Positions 15,880-25,250 are shown, counted from the stretch's first letter. The stretch is DNA of 64,000 nucleotides from Xanthobacteraceae bacterium (GCA_049584715.1 JBAUYI010000342.1:2262-66261), one strand, 5' to 3'. Translations and numbers: made by a program. Notes: a model not told the origin generated them from the sequence alone.

Positions 15880-16782
15880 ATGATAGAGACACAGGTTTCG
15901 GATGGCGAAGCCTCTTCCTTTACCCGTATGGGACCGATCCAAGAGTTCATGAAGGATCATCCCTCCACTTACGAAAGCCATCCCCGTCGCTCGCTCAACC
16001 AATGGCTGGAGGCCGAGCCGCTCTACGACTGGCTCCTCGCCGCCTATCAGAACAGCGCCCGGAGCGCCAAACAGATCGAGCCGTTTATTCGCGAGCACAA
16101 CATTGACATGAGCGAGTTCAAGCCGGTGATTTATCGCTGCTTTGCCGATTTCTTCGATCGCGAATTTAAGCCGGGTGAACGAAATTTCGTATCAGCGCCG
16201 GAGGAAATGGCCGCTTTTGCCGAAGCGCGGTATTTCGGCTGGGAAAAACTCACGCCCGATCAGGAATTTCCCGTCAAAGGACATTCGTTGAGCGCGGAGC
16301 AAATCCTTGGCAGCGCCAAGCGCGCCGCGGTTTTTGCCGGCGGCCCGGTTCTGCTCGCACGGCCATCGCCGATGGACTATCACCATGTGCATTATCCGGA
16401 CGACGGCACCACGCTCGATACCGACTGGATCGGGCGAAGCCTGTGGACCGTGAATTGGCATGCGCTCCTCAACCAAGCGGACATTTTGTTTCGTAATGAA
16501 CGGCAAATACACATCCTGGAAACACGAAACTTTGGGCGACTTGGCTTCGTGGAGGTCGGTGCGATGTCGGTCGGGCGTATTGTGCAGGTGCATCCAACCG
16601 AAACGGAATTTCATCGTGGCGAGGAAAAAGCGGTCTTCAAGTTCGGCGGTTCGGCGATCGTGGTTTTCGGCGAGGCCGGTATTTGGCGTCCCACGGACGA
16701 TATTCTTGAGCACACCGCCAAGGGTATAGAGACGCTAGTGAGGCTTGGGGATACCATTGCGCAGTGGTCAAGCCCGGCGTGA
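15880..16782 (+). CDS. psd: phosphatidylserine decarboxylase-family proenzyme
   Basis: HHVHYPDDG ... FKFGGSAIV (G-S self-cleavage motif). Start is uncertain (alternative ATG at 15928). Confidence 0.7.
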   Translation: MIETQVSDGEASSFTRMGPIQEFMKDHPSTYESHPRRSLNQWLEAEPLYDWLLAAYQNSARSAKQIEPFIREHNIDMSEFKPVIYRCFADFFDREFKPGERNFVSAPEEMAAFAEARYFGWEKLTPDQEFPVKGHSLSAEQILGSAKRAAVFAGGPVLLARPSPMDYHHVHYPDDGTTLDTDWIGRSLWTVNWHALLNQADILFRNERQIHILETRNFGRLGFVEVGAMSVGRIVQVHPTETEFHRGEEKAVFKFGGSAIVVFGEAGIWRPTDDILEHTAKGIETLVRLGDTIAQWSSPA

Positions 16783-16843
16783 AAGGACTCAAGCCCCTTG
16801 GGGCGCGGAAGCCACCCTGACCGTTGACGCCCGCTGACCTCCG

Positions 16844-16868
16844 GGAACGAGGTGGATCGCAATTCGTT
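16844..16868 (+). promoter_or_regulatory. orphan consensus EcfG-type promoter (GGAAC-N16-CGTT) with no convincing downstream protein gene
   Basis: ggaac-gaggtggatcgcaatt-cgtt. It points into the 3' end of the convergent SDR operon. Only a 21-codon ORF (16904..16969) follows. Confidence 0.5.
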
Positions 16869-17006
16869 CAAACCACGCTCACAACCTCGGGTCCCAGTGA
16901 CCCATGGCCGATGACGTGGGCAATACGGTGTGGCGCGTCAGACCGAAGCAACAAACCAGCAACAAGTAGGCCGGCCGGGTACGCCTTCGCCGTGGAACGC
17001 GGCGTT

Positions 17007-17159
17007 CTAGAGTTGCGTGCCGTAATAGCCGCCGCCGAACAGCACTACCAGTACGACGATCAGCAGCGGAACCCCTATCAGCCAATGCTCGCGTCCGCCG
17101 TAATCGCCGCGACTATAGCCCCAGTAACCGCCAAACAGCAGGCAGGGCTTGACCCTCAA
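17007..17159 (-). CDS. possible 50-aa Gly/Tyr-rich membrane peptide (not in ORF track)
   Basis: TTG start after GAGG. Product is MRVKPCLLFGGYWGYSRGDYGGREHWLIGVPLLIVVLVVLFGGGYYGTQL. It lies 22 nt downstream of the SDR gene. Confidence 0.35.
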   Translation of the reverse strand: MRVKPCLLFGGYWGYSRGDYGGREHWLIGVPLLIVVLVVLFGGGYYGTQL

Positions 17160-17181
17160 AACCGGGCCTCAACGTCTTTCG

Positions 17182-18204
17182 TTACCCGCCGCTATAGCCG
17201 CCGATGATGGGCAGAATTTCGCCGGTGATGTAACTCGAGCAAGCGGGCGCGGCCAAGAACACATAGGCCGGCGCGATCTCCTCCGGCTGCGCCGGCCGCC
17301 GCATCGGCGTGTCGCTGCCAAATTTGGCAACCGCTTCCGCCGGCTTGTCGGCAGGATTGAGCGGCGTCCACACCGGGCCCGGCGCCACCGCGTTCACTCT
17401 GATGCCGCGATCCACCAGATGGGTCGCCAGCGAACGCGTGAAGGCGTGGATGCCGCCCTTGGTCATCGAATAATCGAGCAGGTCCTTGTTGCCGAGGATG
17501 CCGGTGACCGAGCCGGTCATGACGATGGCGCTTCCCGGCTTCATGTGCGGCACCGCAGCTTTGGCCATGTGAAAGTAGCCATAGAGATTTGTCTTGATCG
17601 TGCGATCGAAATGCTCCTCGCTCAAATCCTCGAAATTGTCCACGTGCTCCTGGAACGCCGCATTGTTGACCAGCACATCGAGGCCGCCGAGGTCTTGCAC
17701 CGTAAGCTCGACCGCTTCCCGGCAATATGCCGGATCGGCAACGTCGCCGGGGATGAGGATGCAGGAACGGCCTTCCTTCTCCACGGCGCGCTTGGTTGCT
17801 TCGGCGTCCTCGTGCTCATTGAGATAGCAGATGGCGACGTCGGCACCTTCGCGAGCAAACAGCACCGCGACGGCGCGGCCGATGCCGGAATCGGCGCCGG
17901 TGATCAGCGCCACCTTGTCGAGCAACTTCTCCGAGCCCTTGTAACCGGGCGCCTCGTACATCGGCGCCAGATCGAGGGCCGCCTCGGAGCCGGGCTTTGC
18001 CATATGCTGAGCAGGCAGCGGCGGCGCCGGATATTCGCGCGTTCCAGCTTGCATCGGTTTCTTGTCGCCGTTGTGCTTCGCGCGCTGGTCCTTCTTGTCG
18101 ATTTTCGCCTGGATGGTACGCCCATGGGCGGCGGTGTCTTCCGCGCCCTGGGCGAAGCGGTCCTCTATGGTGCTGCGGGAAAGACGGGTACGGGACTGCG
18201 TCAT
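17182..18204 (-). CDS. SDR-family oxidoreductase, YdaD/YhxC/YghA (general stress protein 39)-like
   Basis: AAGGAG before the ATG. KVALITGADSGIGRAVAVLFAREGADV, NNAA, and the YSMTKGG catalytic motif. It has a long hydrophilic N-terminal extension. Confidence 0.85.
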   Translation of the reverse strand: MTQSRTRLSRSTIEDRFAQGAEDTAAHGRTIQAKIDKKDQRAKHNGDKKPMQAGTREYPAPPLPAQHMAKPGSEAALDLAPMYEAPGYKGSEKLLDKVALITGADSGIGRAVAVLFAREGADVAICYLNEHEDAEATKRAVEKEGRSCILIPGDVADPAYCREAVELTVQDLGGLDVLVNNAAFQEHVDNFEDLSEEHFDRTIKTNLYGYFHMAKAAVPHMKPGSAIVMTGSVTGILGNKDLLDYSMTKGGIHAFTRSLATHLVDRGIRVNAVAPGPVWTPLNPADKPAEAVAKFGSDTPMRRPAQPEEIAPAYVFLAAPACSSYITGEILPIIGGYSGG

Positions 18205-18244
18205 GGCGCAATACTCCTTACGATTCGGTTCGCTAATGTCGCGG

Positions 18245-18442
18245 CTATTTCTTTTTCGGAACCTTCTTACCTTTTTTGCGCGCCTTGGAGAGGCCGATGG
18301 CGATGGCCTGCTTGCGGCTTTTCACTTTGCCGCCCTTACCGCCTTTGCCGCTCTTGGCCGTGCCGCGCTTATAGCGGTGCATTTCGCTTTTGACGTCGCT
18401 GCCGGCGCTACGCGAATATTTTCGCTTCCGTTTCTTGGCCAT
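18245..18442 (-). CDS. small Lys-rich protein (DUF6496-like)
   Basis: 65 aa with ...EMHRYKRGTAKSGKGGKGGKVKSRKQAIAIGLSKARKKG. Family name is from memory. Confidence 0.55.
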   Translation of the reverse strand: MAKKRKRKYSRSAGSDVKSEMHRYKRGTAKSGKGGKGGKVKSRKQAIAIGLSKARKKGKKVPKKK

Positions 18443-18494
18443 GTGATTTCCTCCAAACCTTCGGGCGCATCCTTATGTCGGTGCGGCGTTCAAT

Positions 18495-18519
18495 AACCTC
18501 TGTAATCGCAATCGGTTGC
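18495..18519 (-). promoter_or_regulatory. one-mismatch EcfG-like motif (GCAAC-N16-GGTT) upstream of the Lys-rich protein/SDR operon
   Basis: Top strand is AACC-N16-GTTGC, 53 nt from the ATG. Confidence 0.3.
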
Positions 18520-18583
18520 CTACAAGGTGACAAAAAAAAAGTGTGCGCCAAGCTTGATTGGGCTTCACCGGTCGCCTGCTATG

Positions 18584-19204
18584 TCAGACCCCCGGGTATC
18601 TCTTCTGCTTGAGAAGCCGCGCCAGATGCGCGGTGTTCGAGGCCAGGAGCGGCGTCCACTCGGCAACCGCCTTTGGCGTCCTGAACAAGTCCTTGTAATC
18701 CTTGCTTCCCATGGCCTCGCCGACCCAATAGGTCACGCCGCCGGCCGGGATCGTAAAGCCCACTTCCAGGAGGGCCTGAAACAATTCGGCAGCGGTGTGA
18801 TGGGCGCCGTCCTCGTTGCCGACAACGACCGCAAGCGCGACCTTGCCGTAGGAAGGCATGCGACCCTTGGCATCGGTCTCGTCGAGGAAGGCGTCCATAC
18901 GCTCCAGGACGCGCTTGGCGACACTCGAAGGCTGCCCAAGCCATATCGGCGTCCCGATCACCAGGATGTCGGCATCCAGCACGCGCTTGCGCAGCATCGG
19001 CCACCCATCGCCTTCACCTTCGTCCGACGTTACCCCGGGTTTGATGTTGTGGTCGACGGCGCGGATGACCTCGCCCTTGGCGCCATGACGTTCGAGCGCG
19101 TCGAGCAACTGCTTCAACAACACGTCGGTGGATGATTTCTCGCGCCCATTCGCGCTCTTCAAGCTGCAATTGAATGCAAGCACCTTCAACGCGCGCGGCG
19201 ACAT
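18584..19204 (-). CDS. NAD(P)H-dependent FMN reductase / flavodoxin-like fold protein
   Basis: 206 aa. LKVLAFNCSLKS...ADILVIGTPIWLGQPSS matches the FMN_red pattern. Confidence 0.75.
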   Translation of the reverse strand: MSPRALKVLAFNCSLKSANGREKSSTDVLLKQLLDALERHGAKGEVIRAVDHNIKPGVTSDEGEGDGWPMLRKRVLDADILVIGTPIWLGQPSSVAKRVLERMDAFLDETDAKGRMPSYGKVALAVVVGNEDGAHHTAAELFQALLEVGFTIPAGGVTYWVGEAMGSKDYKDLFRTPKAVAEWTPLLASNTAHLARLLKQKRYPGV

Positions 19205-19378
19205 CGTTTACCGACTTTCCTTCGTGGCCGCGCCGGTAGTCGCGGTACGTAAAGCACCGGCTCGATTCGTGGCCCTCGTGCGGGGTCAAATGCCCGCTGC
19301 AATAAAAGTTCCCGACAGCGCAGCTCCCGATGGAACCCCAGGAACCCCCTGCAATTACCTGATCGACGACGGGCCTCA

Positions 19379-20431
19379 ATGACAGACGGCAGTCCGGCAA
19401 TGACTCTCCCGCTACGACCGCCGTTTAGTCCCATGGAGGCGCTATCGGTCGACCAAATTCCGGTCGGCAAGCACTGGCAATACGAGCCGAAATGGGACGG
19501 CTTCCGTTGCGTTGTTTTTCGCGACGGCAAGAAAGTCGAGCTGCAATCGAAGTCCGGCCGCATGATGACCCGCTATTTTCCGGAGCTGGTCGCGGCGATT
19601 GGCGCGTTGAGTCCGAAGCAATTCGTCCTTGATGGCGAGATCGTCGTTCCAGCCGGTGGTGCATTTTCCTTCGATGCTCTGCTGCAGCGGATCCATCCAG
19701 CGGCAAGCCGGGTCAAAAAGCTCTCGGTCGAGACGCCGGCGATGCTGATTGTGTTCGATCTGCTTGCCGGCGCTGATGGGCGATCGCTGATCGATGAGAC
19801 GCTCGAAGATCGCCGGCCTGTGCTGGAATCGTTCTTTCGCAGCTGCTGCCGAGGTAACCGGCGGATTCGATTATCGCCGATGACCAACAAGCTTGCGGAA
19901 GCCAAGGCCTGGCTCGGGCGGTCGGGTAAGGTGCTTGACGGCGTGATCGCTAAACGGCGCGATCTTACTTATCGGTCTGGTGACCGGACCGGCATGCAGA
20001 AGATCAAGAATTATCGCAGCGCCGACTGTGTGGTCGGCGGTTTCCGCTACAACGAGGGCAAACGTGTCGTCGGCTCGCTCTTGCTGGGCCTCTACGATGC
20101 CGGCGGCCTGCTGCATCACGTTGGCTTCACCTCGACGATCAAGAACCAGGATAAGCCGGCGCTCACCAAAAAACTAAAACCGTTGATCGGCCCTCCAGGC
20201 TTCACCGGCAATGCGCCCGGCGGCCCGAGCCGCTGGTCGACCAAGCGTTCGAGCGAATGGGAACCGCTCCGGCCGAAGCTTGTGGTCGAAGTCTGCTACG
20301 ATCATTTCAGCGGTGACCGCTTTCGGCATGGCACGCGGCTGTTGCGCTGGCGGCCCGACAAGGCGCCGAAACAATGCACCCTGGCGCAGGTCAGGCAGCA
20401 GAAAGCAAACCTGGCATCTCTCCTAGTGTGA
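19379..20431 (+). CDS. ATP-dependent DNA ligase (stand-alone LigC/LigD-ligase-domain type)
   Basis: Adenylation motif I EPKWDGFR, then LDGEIV, and a C-terminal OB-domain motif LLRWRPDK. Confidence 0.85.
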   Translation: MTDGSPAMTLPLRPPFSPMEALSVDQIPVGKHWQYEPKWDGFRCVVFRDGKKVELQSKSGRMMTRYFPELVAAIGALSPKQFVLDGEIVVPAGGAFSFDALLQRIHPAASRVKKLSVETPAMLIVFDLLAGADGRSLIDETLEDRRPVLESFFRSCCRGNRRIRLSPMTNKLAEAKAWLGRSGKVLDGVIAKRRDLTYRSGDRTGMQKIKNYRSADCVVGGFRYNEGKRVVGSLLLGLYDAGGLLHHVGFTSTIKNQDKPALTKKLKPLIGPPGFTGNAPGGPSRWSTKRSSEWEPLRPKLVVEVCYDHFSGDRFRHGTRLLRWRPDKAPKQCTLAQVRQQKANLASLLV

Positions 20432-20439
20432 GATTGCCG

Positions 20440-20464
20440 GGAACCGGCGTCCAGTCACCCTGTT
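20440..20464 (+). promoter_or_regulatory. near-consensus EcfG-like motif (GGAAC-N16-TGTT) upstream of the Cys-rich flavoprotein
   Basis: ggaac-cggcgtccagtcaccc-tgtt, about 144 nt from the ATG. Confidence 0.3.
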
Positions 20465-20607
20465 GTCGAAACGTCATGTTCGCAAAAGTGGAGCCTGGCG
20501 TATGACCTGCTGCGCCGGTGTCCCTGTTTAGTCGTCTCGATTAGTCGCTTTGGGGTGTCGATGTTCGATTGGCTCAAAAATGGTAAAGCCCCGCTCCTCG
20601 TAAAGGC

Positions 20608-21657
20608 ATGCCGAGCCCGAGGCTCGATGAGGCGGAGTTCAAGCGGCGCTTCCGAACGCAATTTCAGGACCAGAATTTCGAAGCGCTTTTGCCCGAGCTC
20701 GATACACTTACGCAAGCCGCATGGGATGCCTACGACCATTCGCGCAAGAGCCCGCATACGCGAAAAGCAGGAGCGGCATTCGCCGATCCGGACTACGACC
20801 TGGCCGTCGACTGGATCGCCGCCCACGAGGCGGTGCAGGCGGCACAGCGGCGGCATGACGAGGCCGAGGGACCGATTCGTATTTTGCTGATCAATGGCTC
20901 ACCGCGCTCCGAGCACACGTGTCCGGGCGAAATGTCGAAAAGCTATCGGCTCGTGCAAATCGCCGACGAAATCTTCAAACAGGCGAACGCGGCGGTGGAA
21001 CTGCTCGACCTGTCTCGCGTGACCTCGGAATACGGCCGCAACATTCATCCCTGCAAAGCTTGCTTTTCGACGGCGGCGCCACTCTGTCACTGGCCGTGCT
21101 CTTGTTACCCGAATTACTCGCTCGGCCAAACGCAAGACTGGATGAACGACATCTATCCCATGTGGGTCGCGGCCCATGGCATCATGATCGTAACCCCGGT
21201 GAATTGGTACCAAGTGACGTCGCCATTCAAGCTGATGATGGACCGGCTGGTTTGCGCCGACGGCGGCAATCCCGATCCGACGCAAACCCACGGCAAAAAT
21301 GCGTCAGAGGCCAAAGCGTTGGAGCTTGCAGGTTGGGACTATCCGCGACATCTGGCCGAACGTTTGTTTGCTGTCGTCGTGCACGGCGACACCGAGGGTA
21401 TCATGGGCGTGCGCCGCGCGATTTCCGATTGGCTCATCTCCATGCGCTTGAGACCTGCCGGTATCGCGGCGGAGGTCGATCGCTATATCGGCTACTGGGA
21501 GCCCTACGCGACCAGCCATGAAGAGCTCGATGCCGACACCGCGTTTCAAGAAGAGGTCCGCATCGTCGCTCGCACGCTTATTGCGGGAATTACCGCGCAA
21601 CGATCGGGGCAATTGGTGGAAGCCGCTCCGAACGTCCGTTCGCCACGCCAGAAGTGA
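20608..21657 (+). CDS. flavodoxin-fold NAD(P)H-dependent oxidoreductase with Cys cluster (iron-sulfur flavoprotein-like)
   Basis: ILLINGSPRSEHTCPGE...IHPCKACFSTAAPLCHWPCSCYP. It has a long N-terminal extension. Confidence 0.6.
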   Translation: MPSPRLDEAEFKRRFRTQFQDQNFEALLPELDTLTQAAWDAYDHSRKSPHTRKAGAAFADPDYDLAVDWIAAHEAVQAAQRRHDEAEGPIRILLINGSPRSEHTCPGEMSKSYRLVQIADEIFKQANAAVELLDLSRVTSEYGRNIHPCKACFSTAAPLCHWPCSCYPNYSLGQTQDWMNDIYPMWVAAHGIMIVTPVNWYQVTSPFKLMMDRLVCADGGNPDPTQTHGKNASEAKALELAGWDYPRHLAERLFAVVVHGDTEGIMGVRRAISDWLISMRLRPAGIAAEVDRYIGYWEPYATSHEELDADTAFQEEVRIVARTLIAGITAQRSGQLVEAAPNVRSPRQK

Positions 21658-21710
21658 TCGGGGATCGCTGCCTCAAGCGTGACGACGTGCCGCCTTATCT
21701 CTCGGAAATT

Positions 21711-23495
21711 TTATTTTCCGGGAATGATCGAAGCCAGGACCTGCTTTGCCGTCTCCACGATGACGCTGCGCTCATGGGGATCGCCCTCGATCAGCGCTGC
21801 GGTGAAATGCTTGGCTTGCTCGAGGGTGATGTGCGGCGGCAGCGGCGGCACTTCGGGATCGGTTTTCACTTCGAGCACCACGGGCCGATCGGCCGCAAGC
21901 GCTTCGTCCCATGCGGCGCCGACCGCGTCGTCCCGGTCCACATAGATGCCCTTGAGCCCGATCAGCTCGGCGAAGCTGTGATAGGGCACATTGGGAATCT
22001 GCTGCGAGGCATTAAATTTCGGATCGCCCTCCATCACCCGCTGTTCCCAGGTGACCTGGTTGAGATCTTCATTGTTGAAAACGCAGACGATGCAGCGATG
22101 GTCGGACCACTGCCGCCAATATTTGGCGATTGTGATCAGCTCGGCCATGTTGTTCATCTGCATGGCGCCATCGCCGACCAGGGCGATGACCGGGCGGTCG
22201 GGATGGGCGAACTTCGCGGCAATGGCGTACGGCACAGCCGCGCCCATGGAGGCAAGACCGCCCGATAGCGATGCCATCATGCCGCGCCGCATTTTCAGAT
22301 CGCGCGCGTACCAATTGGCGCAAGAGCCGGAATCGCTCGTGACAATGACGCGCTCCGGTAGACGCGGCGACAGTTCCCAGGTGACACGCTGCGGATTGAC
22401 AGGGTCAGCGGACTCCATTGCGCGCGCCTCAAGGGTCTTCCACCATTCGGCCGTGTTCTTTTCGATCGTGCCGCGCCACTTGGCGTCTTTTCCCGATTTC
22501 AGCAGCGGCAACAACGCGCGCAGCGTCTCCGCCGCGTCGCCGACCAGATTGACCTCCATCGGATAGCGCAGCGACAGCATGTCCGGCGCCAAATCGATCT
22601 GCACGCCGCGGGCCTGACCCTCCTTAGGCAAGAACTCCGAATAGGGAAAGCCGGAGCCGATCATCAGCAGCGTGTCGCATTCCATCATCATGTCGTAGCT
22701 TGGCTTGGTGCCAAGCAAGCCGATTGAGCCGGTTACCCAGGGCAGATCGTCCGGCAGCACGGCCTTGCCGAGCAGCGCCTTAGCGGCGCCGGCTTCCAGA
22801 CGGTCGGCAATTGCGATGACTTCGTTTGTCGCATTGAGCGCACCGGCGCCGACCAGGATCGCAACTCTTTTCCCGCTGTTGAGAATTTCGGCCGCACGAT
22901 GCAGATCGGCGTCATAAGGCACGGTTTTTGGCTTAGAGAAACCGACGCCTGAATGGATCGTGCCGTGCGCGCGTGCCGGCGCTTGATAAGTTACCTCTTG
23001 AAGATCGTTGGGCAGGATGATCGCGGTCACTCGGCGCTCGCCCAAGGCGATTCTGATTGCACGATCGACCAGATGGCGAACCTGCGCCGGCGTCGAAGCC
23101 TGGACCACAAAGGCGCTGGCGACATCCTTGAACAGTGCTGGCAGGTCGACTTCCTGCTGGTAATGACCGCCAATCGCGTTGCGCGATTGCTGGCCGGCGA
23201 TGGCGAGCACCGGCATGTGATCGAGCCGCGCATCGTAGAGGCCGGTGATGAGATGCGAGGCGCCAGGACCCGACGTCGCGATGCAGACGCCCAGTTCTCC
23301 GGTAAATTTGGCGTAGGCCGAGGCCATGAATGCTGCCATTTCCTCGTGCCGGGCCTGGATGAACTCGATCTTGCCTTCGGCGCGGTGGAGTGCACCGAAC
23401 ACGCCGTTGATGCCATCACCCGGATAACCGAAGATTTTTCTGACACCCCAGGCATGAAGGCGCTCGACAACAAAATCCCCGACGCTCTGGCTCAT
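21711..23495 (-). CDS. poxB: thiamine-diphosphate enzyme, pyruvate oxidase/pyruvate dehydrogenase (quinone) PoxB-like
   Basis: Starts MSQSVGD. ARHEEMAAFMASAYAKFTGELGVCIATSGPGASHLITGLYDA and the TPP motif GDGAMQMNNMAEL. Confidence 0.7.
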   Translation of the reverse strand: MSQSVGDFVVERLHAWGVRKIFGYPGDGINGVFGALHRAEGKIEFIQARHEEMAAFMASAYAKFTGELGVCIATSGPGASHLITGLYDARLDHMPVLAIAGQQSRNAIGGHYQQEVDLPALFKDVASAFVVQASTPAQVRHLVDRAIRIALGERRVTAIILPNDLQEVTYQAPARAHGTIHSGVGFSKPKTVPYDADLHRAAEILNSGKRVAILVGAGALNATNEVIAIADRLEAGAAKALLGKAVLPDDLPWVTGSIGLLGTKPSYDMMMECDTLLMIGSGFPYSEFLPKEGQARGVQIDLAPDMLSLRYPMEVNLVGDAAETLRALLPLLKSGKDAKWRGTIEKNTAEWWKTLEARAMESADPVNPQRVTWELSPRLPERVIVTSDSGSCANWYARDLKMRRGMMASLSGGLASMGAAVPYAIAAKFAHPDRPVIALVGDGAMQMNNMAELITIAKYWRQWSDHRCIVCVFNNEDLNQVTWEQRVMEGDPKFNASQQIPNVPYHSFAELIGLKGIYVDRDDAVGAAWDEALAADRPVVLEVKTDPEVPPLPPHITLEQAKHFTAALIEGDPHERSVIVETAKQVLASIIPGK

Positions 23496-23510
23496 GTTCA
23501 GAAACCTCAC

Positions 23511-23544
23511 GCAAGCCGGCAGCACATCGTGACCGCCGGCTTGC
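23511..23544 (-). terminator. hairpin after DUF892 copy 2 (weak U-tract)
   Basis: GCAAGCCGGC-14 nt-GCCGGCTTGC 10-bp stem. The downstream sequence is only GTGAGGTTTCTG. Confidence 0.4.
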
Positions 23545-23570
23545 GTCCTGTAGGTGCCGTGCGTCTCGGC

Positions 23571-24074
23571 TTACGCCGCCTTGCGGTTCACCTGGCTTTC
23601 GGCCATCGCGGTTAGCTTCTTGTCGGTGGCCTTTTCCTCGTCCAGGGTCTGCTGCAACAGCGTGACGCAGTCGTTGCGACCGAGCTCCTTCGCCCACGAT
23701 ATCAGCGTGCCGTAGCGCGTCATCTCGTAATGCTCGACCGCCTGCGCGGCGGCGATTAATGCCGCATCGAGCACCGACTTCTTCTCAACTTCGCCGGCGA
23801 CGTCGTTGGCCTCTTCGAGGATGCCGTCGATTGCCGGGCAATCGACACCCTGCGCCTTCTGGCCGATCAGCTTGAAAACCTGTTCCAGCCGTTTCACGTG
23901 ATTTTCCGTTTCACGCAGATGAGTCTGGAAGCCCTGTTTGAGCTGAGGATCGCTGGATTTTTCGACCATGTCGGGCAACGCCTTCACGATCTGGTTCTCG
24001 GCGTAATAGATGTCCTGCAGGGTGTGCACGAAAAGGTCGTTCATGTTTTTGATGTCTTTGGAGAAGAGGCCCAT
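23571..24074 (-). CDS. DUF892 / YciE-YciF ferritin-like stress protein (copy 2)
   Basis: 167-aa ORF with 5 aa differences from copy 1. Confidence 0.9.
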   Translation of the reverse strand: MGLFSKDIKNMNDLFVHTLQDIYYAENQIVKALPDMVEKSSDPQLKQGFQTHLRETENHVKRLEQVFKLIGQKAQGVDCPAIDGILEEANDVAGEVEKKSVLDAALIAAAQAVEHYEMTRYGTLISWAKELGRNDCVTLLQQTLDEEKATDKKLTAMAESQVNRKAA

Positions 24075-24153
24075 TGTTGTTGTCCTTGTACTACGCGGTG
24101 TACTTCGCGGATTGAGGGAACCGGGCGGGGCGTTTGCGCCCGCTCAATCCGCC

Positions 24154-24178
24154 AACGTGTGGCGACCACGTCCGTTCC
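24154..24178 (-). promoter_or_regulatory. EcfG-type promoter (GGAAC-N16-CGTT) for DUF892 copy 2
   Basis: Top strand is AACG-tgtggcgaccacgtcc-GTTCC. Confidence 0.7.
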
Positions 24179-24191
24179 GCCGACACCCCGG

Positions 24192-25145
24192 TTACCGCGG
24201 CGTCATGGACACCGCGCGCCGTGTCGCGAAATCGTCGCGCAAATCGCCGCCGAGCATTCCGCCCAGCGTCGCGCAGACGGCGCCGAACAGAAGCGACATG
24301 AAAGTCCAGAACGACAGATAAGCGGCCGCTTTGCGCGCCGTTTCGGCTGCCTGCGTCACGCTGGCGCGGGCCCGGTTCATCACATCGTCGACGCGCTTTT
24401 GGGCGTCGTCCATGCTCATGCCGGTGCGCGCGCTGACGATCTGCGCCAGATAGGTGCGGTCGTCGCTGGCAAGGCCGTTGGCGGCCACGGCCGTGATCAG
24501 GATGCGGCCGACCTGAGCATGCATTGCCGCGTTATTGTTATTGGGTGCCGCATTGTTGTTCGGTGGCGCATTGCTCGGTGCGGCGCCATTTGCCTCGGCC
24601 GAGGCTTGCGGATTGGTTCGCAGCAGCGAGTCGGTGAAATAGTCCATCGATGAAGGTTGACCGGAAGCGCCAGCGATGCCCGCTGCGGCGGCACCGGCAG
24701 TCGCAGTAGTTGCCGCTGCGCTGCCGGCCTTCTCCGCCGCACCAACAATGAGCAGCGAGCTCACCGCGACACCGATGGCCCAAACGACGAGCCCATTAGC
24801 GCCGTCACGGAACTTTGTCTCGCCGTCATGGATGGGAGCCGGGTCCCGGCGCAGGCGACCCGCAATGTAGCCGCCAGTCGCAAAGCCGACCGCTTGCGCA
24901 AACACCAGCCACACGGCGCCCAGCACCGTCAGCGTGCCAGCCGAAGGCGAGGACGAAAACGGCGAGGCGAGTACAAATCCGATACCAGATCCAAGCGCGA
25001 TCACGATGATGGTGACGGCGATGGCGGTGAACGTACCGGCGATTACCCCGCTCCATGACAAGCCACTGCGGGAAAATACACCCCACGCCGCATTTGGGGC
25101 TTCGACGATGTCGATATGATCGCCCACGATTGTGGTGTCTGCCAT
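24192..25145 (-). CDS. polytopic membrane protein with Ala/Asn-rich linker, hypothetical
   Basis: Internal ATG after GAGGAG (MADTTIVGDH). It has several TM helices and a low-complexity stretch APSNAPPNNNAAPNNNNAA. Confidence 0.6.
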   Translation of the reverse strand: MADTTIVGDHIDIVEAPNAAWGVFSRSGLSWSGVIAGTFTAIAVTIIVIALGSGIGFVLASPFSSSPSAGTLTVLGAVWLVFAQAVGFATGGYIAGRLRRDPAPIHDGETKFRDGANGLVVWAIGVAVSSLLIVGAAEKAGSAAATTATAGAAAAGIAGASGQPSSMDYFTDSLLRTNPQASAEANGAAPSNAPPNNNAAPNNNNAAMHAQVGRILITAVAANGLASDDRTYLAQIVSARTGMSMDDAQKRVDDVMNRARASVTQAAETARKAAAYLSFWTFMSLLFGAVCATLGGMLGGDLRDDFATRRAVSMTPR

Positions 25146-25250
25146 GTCTAACTCCTCGCGTTCCTCGATATCGATTGCGTTAAAGCGGATTTTCGGATGG
25201 CGCGAGAAAATCCCGATATTTGCCATCCAATTGCCGCGGTTCCCGTTGTG

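Larger units (their letters stand above)
23571..24200 (-). repeat. segmental duplication partner B
   Basis: Aligns with 833..1452. The leader carries an extra ~19-bp duplication (gtactacgcggt/gtacttcgcgg). Confidence 0.8.

Noticed and set aside
16824-17207. 127-aa + strand ORF downstream of the psd-like gene
   Set aside because: It begins upstream of the orphan promoter. Its translation is the antisense image of a Gly/Tyr-rich peptide, and it overlaps the SDR gene 3' end. No motif or SD was found.
18531-18570. A9 homopolymer (T9 on the minus strand) after the FMN-reductase-like gene as a terminator
   Set aside because: The preceding hairpin (GTGCGCCAA...TTGGGCTTCAC) is imperfect with bulges. 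It may be a weak terminator but I could not support it well enough to list.
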